DNA of 64,000 nt, from positions 164,134-228,133 of the forward strand of contig JAPOVT010000056.1 of assembly GCA_026708015.1 (NCBI GenBank). Reading direction: 5' to 3'. Under the pieces are notes generated by a model. That model saw only the letters and a list, made by a program, of their open reading frames with translations, did no database searches and was not told the origin of the DNA. The position numbers were made by a program, and so were the translations under genes. Position 1 is the first letter of the stretch, and every line of letters starts with the position of its first letter. Source of the DNA: a bacterium (GTDB lineage: Bacteria > Actinomycetota > Acidimicrobiia > Acidimicrobiales > Bin134). Positions 56,662-63,344 of this stretch are shown one piece after another.

Positions 56662-57744
56662 ATGTCCAGAACCATCCGCTCGATTGATCTGTTCGCGGGG
56701 GCAGGGGGCTTGTCGCTGGGATTCGATCTAGCCAACGACGAACTCGACAGCATCAGGTTTGAGTCCGCTTTCGCAGTTGAGCACGATCCCGCAGCAGCGC
56801 TGACCTACAAGACCAATTTCGGCGTCACCGTGTACGACGGTGATATCGAAGGGTTTGACCCGATCACTTACCCAGAAGCGGAGGTCATTGTCGGTGGCCC
56901 TCCCTGCCAGGGGTTTTCCCCGCTCGGCCGTGACCGGGATGACCAGTCTCGTGCTGAGTTGAACGCACTCTGGGAGCACTATCTCGCTGCGGTCGAGCAA
57001 GTTGAGCCGTTGGCATTCGTCATTGAGAACGTCCCGGAGTTTCAGAAGTCGGCTGAGTTCGAAGAGCTGCTGAGACGACTCGCATCTCATCCGCTGTTAC
57101 GCGAGTACTGCTATAGCTACGGAGTGCTGAACGCGGTGGACTATGGAGTTCCACAAAGCCGGCGGAGGGGAATCTTTATGGCGGTGAGAGGCAGGGAGGT
57201 TCCGTGGCCGCCACCCCCCACGCATGGGGGTGGTCCAATAGGCCAGGAACCGGCGCGGACGGTGCGGGATGCCATTGGGGATCTGCCACCGAAGCCAACG
57301 ACAGACCAGCCAGTCATGAGAGACGGGTTTCAGGACCTGCATATCCGCCGGAACCCACGGCCGACTTCTCTAGAGCGATACCAGGCAATCCCCGAGGGCG
57401 GCAACCGGTTCGACCTCCAGCGAGCTCGACCCGACCTAACCCCTGCCTGCTGGGCCAACAAGCCGACCGGAACGACGGACGTTATGGGCCGGTTGTGGTG
57501 GGACAGGCCCAGCTTTACCATCCGCACCGAGTTCTACAAGCCCGAGAAGGGTCGCTACCTGCACCCCAGCGAGGACCGCCCCATCACCCACCGCGAGGCT
57601 GCTCGACTCCAGACCTTCCCAGATGTCTTCATTTTCGAAGGCACCAAAATCGAGATCGCCCGCCAGATCGGCAACGCCGTCCCCTCGCTGCTGGGCAAGG
57701 CCATCGCCCTCCATCTCGCAAAGCTGCTGGGGCAGGGACGGTAG
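56662..57744 (+). CDS. DNA (cytosine-5)-methyltransferase
   Basis: Motif I 'DLFAGAGGLSLGF', IV 'GGPPCQGFS', VI 'FVIENVPEF', VIII 'QSRRR', X 'GNAVP'. Confidence 0.9.
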   Translation: MSRTIRSIDLFAGAGGLSLGFDLANDELDSIRFESAFAVEHDPAAALTYKTNFGVTVYDGDIEGFDPITYPEAEVIVGGPPCQGFSPLGRDRDDQSRAELNALWEHYLAAVEQVEPLAFVIENVPEFQKSAEFEELLRRLASHPLLREYCYSYGVLNAVDYGVPQSRRRGIFMAVRGREVPWPPPPTHGGGPIGQEPARTVRDAIGDLPPKPTTDQPVMRDGFQDLHIRRNPRPTSLERYQAIPEGGNRFDLQRARPDLTPACWANKPTGTTDVMGRLWWDRPSFTIRTEFYKPEKGRYLHPSEDRPITHREAARLQTFPDVFIFEGTKIEIARQIGNAVPSLLGKAIALHLAKLLGQGR

Positions 57745-57784
57745 GGATTGACCGTCAACAAGCTGTTTTGTAGAACTTCGGCCA

Positions 57785-58687
57785 GTGAACGCAAGACCAG
57801 ATCCTGAATTAGAAGCGGTTGCCGATGAATTGATGGGCATTCGAGACTTCGAGAGCCGAGTAGCGACCGTCCTTCGGGACACGCTTGACCAGCTCTACGA
57901 TGGCCAACGCACCGGACGGTACAAGTGGGATCAGCTTCACAAGACGGAAAAGACCCATTGCGGAACCTTGGTCGAGATCAACATGCAGCGCGAGTTCCAG
58001 TTCGCAGACGGCAAGAAGCTCGACTACAAGATCGCCAACATAGAAGTGGACTGTAAGTACTCGCAGAAGCTGGGCGGTTGGATGATCCCAGTAGAGGCTC
58101 GAGGCGAGTTGTGCATGGTGATCTGGGCTGATGACGGTAAGTCGGTTTGGACGCTGGGTTTGGTCAGAGCTCTCAAGGAGATGCTCACCAAGGGGGGAAA
58201 TAGGGACAGGAAAGCCAGCCTCAGCCAAGACGGGATGTCATCAGTACGCTGGCTCTTCCAGGAAAGCGAACTCCCACCAAACGTCCTGCTCCAGATTCCA
58301 GAAGCTGACGTCAACCACATCATGGGGCCCAAGTCTGGGGCCGAAAGGATCCGACGCCTGTTCCGCACCGTGCAGGGCCAGCGGATAGGACGTGGTGTCG
58401 TGGCCACCGTCGCCCAACAAGCCGACTACATGAAGCGAATCCGCGGCAACGGCGGTGCCCGCAGCCAGCTCCGGGAAGAAGGCATCATCATCCTCGGCCA
58501 GTACGAGGCCCACCGCGAGATCGCTCGCCAACTTGGAATCACAGTCCCTGGCAAAGGCGAGTCAGTCAGCGCCCGGGTAAGGGTTTCTGATTCTTCTACT
58601 CCAGACTCTGTGCTGATCGAAGGTTCTTGGTGGTGTTTAGCACGAGAAGTAGATTCAGCGGTGAAAGCTCCTGATGTGTCCACTTAG
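57785..58687 (+). CDS. type II restriction endonuclease, NaeI family
   Basis: 'LRDTLDQLYDGQRTGRYKWDQLHKTEKTHCGTLVEINMQREFQF', 'LDYKIANIEVDCKYS', 'VATVAQQADYMKRIRGNGGARSQLREEGIIILG' closely follow the NaeI sequence as I recall it. GTG start. Confidence 0.75.
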   Translation: MNARPDPELEAVADELMGIRDFESRVATVLRDTLDQLYDGQRTGRYKWDQLHKTEKTHCGTLVEINMQREFQFADGKKLDYKIANIEVDCKYSQKLGGWMIPVEARGELCMVIWADDGKSVWTLGLVRALKEMLTKGGNRDRKASLSQDGMSSVRWLFQESELPPNVLLQIPEADVNHIMGPKSGAERIRRLFRTVQGQRIGRGVVATVAQQADYMKRIRGNGGARSQLREEGIIILGQYEAHREIARQLGITVPGKGESVSARVRVSDSSTPDSVLIEGSWWCLAREVDSAVKAPDVST

Positions 58688-59583
58688 TGAGAGCGGAAGA
58701 CTTCAGCAGAGTTATGGCGGGATGGTTACGTACATGTCGAAGCACAATGGATGGCATTACAATGACAACAGATGCATTTGATGATCTAAAAAAACACTTC
58801 AAGGCAATGGCGATCGAGTTGAAGAGCAAAGGCGAACAAGCAAGCGTGTTTGCCCACACTTCGGACACCGGAACGGAACGGGAGGAAGCATATCGAACCT
58901 TTCTTGAGCGACATCTCCCAAAGACCTGCGATGTGTTCCTTGGCGGGTACTTGTTTGATATGAATGGAGCTAAATCCTCCCAGATGGATGTCATAGTTAC
59001 CGATGGGCATACTCCTAGATTCGTTATGCCGGATGGCAGCAAGCACATTGCGCCATTGGAGGGATCAGTCGGTGTCGCTGAGATAAAATCTAAGTTGGAC
59101 AAGGATTCACTGCTTAGGGCTCTAGAGGGATGCGCGTCGATCCCTGGTATGCCAGACAAAAGTGGGCTTGCCAACCCTATGTTGAAATTGCATGATGAAG
59201 GCTGGTTAGACACTCCCTATAAGGTGATCTTTGCTTATGATGGAGTGGCGGCAGATACACTTCTAGACCATCTCAATAGTTTCTATCTTGAACACAGCGA
59301 TATAACTTTAGACAGACGGCCTAATGTCATTCATGTATTGGGTAAGTATATGATCATTCGAGTGGTTTCTGGAATATCCTTTCAGACAATTGGTGATGCA
59401 CCAAGCGACGATTCTCTTTCGATCGGACAATTTGAGGCACTGACCGTTCAGCCTGATGTGTCTGCAATGCTTTGGATTATAAATGCCCTGCACAAAAAGG
59501 CCTCTACCGCTTCTCATCTCTTGTACAAATTTGATGCATGGCACGAAAACATTGTCATGCGTCTTGTGGCTGAGCCTGCCTGA
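58687..59583 (+). CDS. DUF6602-like predicted PD-(D/E)xK protein with unrecognised C-terminal half
   Basis: 'TGTEREEAYRTFLERHLPKTCDVFLGGYLFDMNGAKSSQMDVIVTD...PLEGSVGVAEIKSKL'. GC is 21/60 (58741-58800) and 22/60 (59281-59340). Start uncertain: GTG 58687 overlapping the NaeI-like stop, or ATG 58714/58747/58762. Confidence 0.5.
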   Translation: MRAEDFSRVMAGWLRTCRSTMDGITMTTDAFDDLKKHFKAMAIELKSKGEQASVFAHTSDTGTEREEAYRTFLERHLPKTCDVFLGGYLFDMNGAKSSQMDVIVTDGHTPRFVMPDGSKHIAPLEGSVGVAEIKSKLDKDSLLRALEGCASIPGMPDKSGLANPMLKLHDEGWLDTPYKVIFAYDGVAADTLLDHLNSFYLEHSDITLDRRPNVIHVLGKYMIIRVVSGISFQTIGDAPSDDSLSIGQFEALTVQPDVSAMLWIINALHKKASTASHLLYKFDAWHENIVMRLVAEPA

Positions 59584-59828
59584 CGTCTGGCAGCATGTCC
59601 GACTCATGGCGCGGCTTTTGACACGGGGCTGATAACCGTTAATGGGGGGCTCAAAGTTCATCTGGCGCAGAAACTTGAGACGAGTACCCGTGCTGACCCC
59701 GGCGTTGACCAGTACCTCGGCCAGCGCTCAGACCAAAGTTGGTGATTCCAGAGCAGGGTGAGCGTCCTGGGGATACCTACTTGACCTGGCACCAAGAGCA
59801 CGTCTTTCAGAGGGTCGTCGCGACCTGA
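59584..59828 (+). pseudogene. HNH (HNH_2-type) endonuclease, 3' remnant with frameshift
   Basis: Frame 1 reads 'RLAACPTHGAAFDTGLITVNGGLKVHLAQKLE...' to TGA 59743. Frame 0 continues 'ALRPKLVIPEQGERPGDTYLTWHQEHVFQRVVAT*' to the stop at 59826-59828. There is no N-terminal part and no start codon. Confidence 0.5.
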
Positions 59829-59846
59829 CGCTGAGCTCTTGATGGT

Positions 59847-60710
59847 TTATGACGTTTCGAGGAGCGCGTCGCAGTCGATGAGGGTGGGGTTGGTGGGTGC
59901 GAGGCGGCGGATCATCACTTGGATGGCTTCGGGGTTGTTGTCGATGAGGAGGTAGTCGCGGCCGTGTTTGGCGGCGGCTTCGCCGAGGGTGCCGCTGCCA
60001 GCGAAGAAGTCGAGCAGGAGGTCGCCTGGTCTTGAGTGGACCTTCACCAGGCGCTCGAGGACGCCGAGGGGCTTTTGGGTGGCGTAGCCGGTCTTCTCTT
60101 TGCCGTTGGGGCTCACGATGGTGTGCCACCAAACGTCGGTGGGGGTCTTGCCCCGGGCGGCCTTCTCCTTGCCGACCAGACCGGGGGCCATGTAGGGGAT
60201 TCGATCCATCTCGTCGAAGTTGAACGTGTAGTCAGCAGGGTCTTTGGCGTACCACAGGATGCTGTCGTGCTTGGCCGACCACTTCTTCTTGGAGCGGGCT
60301 CCGTAGTCGTAGGCCCAGATGATCTCGTTCATGAACGAGTCCCGGCCGAAGATCTGATCGAGCAGCACCTTGCAGTAGTGGACCTCCCGGTAGTCGATGT
60401 GGAGAAAGAAACTGCCGGTGTCGGCTAGGACCCGGTGGGCTTCCTCGAATCGGGGGGCGAGAAATTCCATGTAGTCGTCGAAGGCGTCGTCATAGCCCGA
60501 CTTGCCAAGGCGGATCGTCTGGTAGCGGCGACCGGCGAAGCCAGTTCGGTCGCCGTTGGTTTCGTCGTGAATGGTCTTGAACCGCTCGCGCTCTTGCCGC
60601 TTACCGGTGTTGAAAGGCGGGTCAACGTAAATGAGGTCGACGCTGGCGTCGGGCAAGCTCTGCAGCACCGGCAGGTTGTCGCCAAAGACGATCTTCCCCA
60701 TCCCGGCCAA
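59847..60710 (-). CDS. site-specific DNA methyltransferase, beta class (DPPF; N6-adenine or N4-cytosine)
   Basis: Motif IV 'LIYVDPPFNTG' precedes motif I 'LLLDFFAGSGTLGEAA'. 'TQKPLGVLERLV' is also present. Confidence 0.85.
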   Translation of the reverse strand: MAGMGKIVFGDNLPVLQSLPDASVDLIYVDPPFNTGKRQERERFKTIHDETNGDRTGFAGRRYQTIRLGKSGYDDAFDDYMEFLAPRFEEAHRVLADTGSFFLHIDYREVHYCKVLLDQIFGRDSFMNEIIWAYDYGARSKKKWSAKHDSILWYAKDPADYTFNFDEMDRIPYMAPGLVGKEKAARGKTPTDVWWHTIVSPNGKEKTGYATQKPLGVLERLVKVHSRPGDLLLDFFAGSGTLGEAAAKHGRDYLLIDNNPEAIQVMIRRLAPTNPTLIDCDALLETS

Positions 60711-60740
60711 TCCTAGTGGTCAGGCTCCGACCTACTGGGT

Positions 60741-60794
60741 ATATTGAAAGATATTGAAATGACTGGAATCCACAGTTATTTCCACATATCCACA
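60741..60794. repeat. AT-rich junction: 10-bp tandem direct repeat plus three head-to-tail DnaA-box-like 9-mers
   Basis: atattgaaag/atattgaaat (60741-60760). GAATCCACA (60766-74), ATTTCCACA (60778-86), ATATCCACA (60786-94) versus TTATCCACA. GC is 19/60 over 60741-60800. Confidence 0.5.
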
Positions 60795-60816
60795 GAACTT
60801 GAGACTTCGAACCTGC

Positions 60817-61641
60817 CTACCAGGGTGCTGGTCTGAAGCGGAGGCCTAGCAGGACGGGGATTTCGTCTTCGAGGCTTGGCGGGATGTAGAAGTCGGTGTG
60901 TTGAGTGGGCGGTTCTTCCAGGGCGCTTTTGGTGACCTCGGCGAAGCCGTCCACCACTAGGCTGGCATCGAAAGCGAGGTTCAGCTCGTGGGAGATGGGC
61001 CGATGGAAGTTGAGTTGCTCTTGGGGTTGACCGGGCATCCCGACGACTTCTTGGGCCATCGGTGTGAGGTAGTGGGAGATGATGATTCCCTCACGTTGGT
61101 CCTCGCTGGCCAGTTCTCCTTCGACTGTGAATTGCAGGTTGCTGGGGTTCTTGAACACCGGATGCATGGTCACCACCACCGCCACGCCGCCAGGCTTCAG
61201 GCAATGGGCGATGGCGGTGAAGAGGTCTTCGCTGGCCGGGATGTCCATGAGTGCCATCGTGCATGTCACAAAGTCGAACGAGCCCGGCTCGACATGGTCG
61301 GCTGTTTCAGCCAGCGGGAAGCAGAGCCACTCGATTTCTGTGCTGCGGTCATACGGCTCGGCAAGCTCTAGGAAAGTCTTTGACTGGTCGGCTCCGGTGA
61401 CTTGGGCCCCGAGTTCGACGAGCTGGCGAGCCAGGACGCCGCTGCCGCAGCAGAGGTCGATGCCTCGTTTGCCCTGGATATCGCCCAGCAGGTTAAGAGT
61501 GGTCGGTAGCACCAGGTTCCGGTGCCAGTCATTGCCGGCATCCCTGTGGCGGCTGTCGTAGTAGTGGGCCAGTACGTCCCAGTCGTCCTTCACCCGCTGG
61601 TCATGCTCGGCACTGGGTCGCTGACTCTTGGCATCAGACAT
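60817..61641 (-). CDS. class I SAM-dependent methyltransferase
   Basis: Motif I 'GIDLCCGSGVLARQL', post-I 'VTGADQS', 'LKPGGVAVVV'. Start at ATG 61641. Confidence 0.75.
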   Translation of the reverse strand: MSDAKSQRPSAEHDQRVKDDWDVLAHYYDSRHRDAGNDWHRNLVLPTTLNLLGDIQGKRGIDLCCGSGVLARQLVELGAQVTGADQSKTFLELAEPYDRSTEIEWLCFPLAETADHVEPGSFDFVTCTMALMDIPASEDLFTAIAHCLKPGGVAVVVTMHPVFKNPSNLQFTVEGELASEDQREGIIISHYLTPMAQEVVGMPGQPQEQLNFHRPISHELNLAFDASLVVDGFAEVTKSALEEPPTQHTDFYIPPSLEDEIPVLLGLRFRPAPW

Positions 61642-61690
61642 GGGAAGTCGTGGTCCTAACTCGGTGGCAGCCGATCTGCCGCTGGCCACG

Positions 61691-63247
61691 CTAGCTGGCT
61701 GCCGTGGTGCCGGCGGCGCGGGCCGCGACCAGCATTGGGCCGATGGTGCCGCCTGCGCCGGGGTAGGCCGCGCCGAGGGGGCTGGCGGCGGCGTTGCCCA
61801 CCGCGTAGAGCCCCTCGATGAGGCCGCCATCTTGGTGGCGGACCTGGCCATGGATGTCGGTTCGGGGGCCTCCCTTGGTGCCGAGGCAACCGGGATGGAG
61901 GCGAACGGCGTAGAACGGCGGCTCTTCAAGCGGGCCGAGCGTGGGGTGGGGGGCCGTCGGGTCGCCGACAAAGCGGTCGTAGATGGAGCGGCCCCAGCCG
62001 AAGTCGGGGTCGTCTCCGGTGACGGCCAGATGGTTGAATCGGGTTACCGAGGCAGCTAGCTCTTCGCTGTCTACGCCGATAGCGGTGGCTAGTTCGTCCA
62101 AGCTGTCGGCTCGATGCAGCCACTCCGGATCAGGGCCGTCTCTGCGGAGCGGCCCCAGGTGGTAGCGGCGGCGGTAGCCGGAGTCGAATACCAGCCAGGC
62201 GGTGGCCGCCGGGTATTGGAACCCGGTGGGGTCGAAGGCCTGCATGGCCCGGCCTACGTCGTTGTAGTTGCGGGCCTCGTTGGCGAACCGCCGTCCCCGT
62301 GAGTCCACCATCAGCGACCGGGGCCGAGCGCGCTCGGTGAGCACCAGCCGGTGGAATGGCTCGCCGTCGATGGCTTCTCCGAGCACGGTCATGGCCGGAC
62401 ACCACCACGCCTCGGCCATGTTGCCCAACTCAGCCCCGGCGGCTAGCGACAAGCGCAGCGCAGTCCCGTCCATGCCGGGGGCGCCTACCGGTCCGGTCAT
62501 CGGCCCTCGCAGAAACGCCCGAACCAAGGCGGGATCGCGCTCGAATCCACCGGAGGCCAGGATCACCCGCCCGGTGATCACGTCAGGGCCGATCCGCACG
62601 CCGTTCACCTTGCCGCCTGACTGCGCCAAACCGTCCACGCCGACGCCGGTGAGTATTGCTGCCCCCAAGGCTTCGGCAGCTTCTACCAAAGAGGCGATCA
62701 TCGATCGGCCCATGGTGATCACGCCGCTGCGGGTCCGGGCCGCTATGTTGTCACGGTCGAAGTCACCGGTGGCCAGTTCCCGGTACGTGATTGGGGCAGT
62801 CACATTGGGTGCCGTGCGGATGCGCTGGTCGAGCTCTGGCGACGCCCGGCGGGGCTGGGGCTCCAGGGGGCGATGGCCTGGTTTTCCGCCCGGTAGCTCG
62901 GGGTGGTAGTCGGGATAGGGGACCGTTTGCCACGAAAGCCCGGTGGTCGAATCCAGCCAATCGGCCACTGCGGGTGCCTGATCGGCGAAGTAGTCCAATA
63001 GCTCGTCGTCCACATCCCCTAGGCACAGCGCCTGCAAGTACTCGCGGGCCTCGGCAAGAGAGTCGTCCACTCCTTCAGCGGCCATCAGCCGGTTGGCCGG
63101 CATCCAGGCCAAACCTCCCGACAGCGCGGTAGTCCCGCCCAGCACCGGCGCTCGCTCCACCACAGTCACCTCGGCTCCCGACTGGGCCGCGGCCACCGCG
63201 GCGGTCAATCCGGCAGCCCCCGACCCGACAACCACTACCGAGGACAT
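61691..63247 (-). CDS. FAD-dependent oxidoreductase, 3-oxosteroid 1-dehydrogenase (KstD)/fumarate-reductase flavoprotein-like
   Basis: 'VVVVGSGAAGLTAAVAAAQSGAEVTVVERAPVLGGTTALSGGLAWMPAN' and C-terminal 'GLYAVGNAAASPLGAAYPGAGGTIGP'. Confidence 0.7.
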   Translation of the reverse strand: MSSVVVVGSGAAGLTAAVAAAQSGAEVTVVERAPVLGGTTALSGGLAWMPANRLMAAEGVDDSLAEAREYLQALCLGDVDDELLDYFADQAPAVADWLDSTTGLSWQTVPYPDYHPELPGGKPGHRPLEPQPRRASPELDQRIRTAPNVTAPITYRELATGDFDRDNIAARTRSGVITMGRSMIASLVEAAEALGAAILTGVGVDGLAQSGGKVNGVRIGPDVITGRVILASGGFERDPALVRAFLRGPMTGPVGAPGMDGTALRLSLAAGAELGNMAEAWWCPAMTVLGEAIDGEPFHRLVLTERARPRSLMVDSRGRRFANEARNYNDVGRAMQAFDPTGFQYPAATAWLVFDSGYRRRYHLGPLRRDGPDPEWLHRADSLDELATAIGVDSEELAASVTRFNHLAVTGDDPDFGWGRSIYDRFVGDPTAPHPTLGPLEEPPFYAVRLHPGCLGTKGGPRTDIHGQVRHQDGGLIEGLYAVGNAAASPLGAAYPGAGGTIGPMLVAARAAGTTAAS

Positions 63248-63267
63248 GTTGGGCTCAATTCTCAACC

Positions 63268-63344
63268 CGTCAGTCTCGGGGAGTCCAGCGGAACCATCGG
63301 GATCTCAGCGCGTCAGCTTCGGGGAGTCCAGCGGAACCACCGGG
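63268..63344. repeat. 34-bp direct duplication (31/34 identical, 43-bp period) of the 3' end of the ABC-2 permease gene
   Basis: cgtcagtctcggggagtccagcggaaccatcggg (63268-63301) versus cgtcagcttcggggagtccagcggaaccaccggg (63311-63344). Confidence 0.85.

Noticed and set aside
60766-60794. Chromosomal oriC
   Set aside because: Three DnaA-box-like 9-mers are present, but no dnaA, dnaN, rpmH or parAB genes are nearby. The cluster is tiny and sits at the edge of a foreign islet. It is kept only as a curiosity in the findings.
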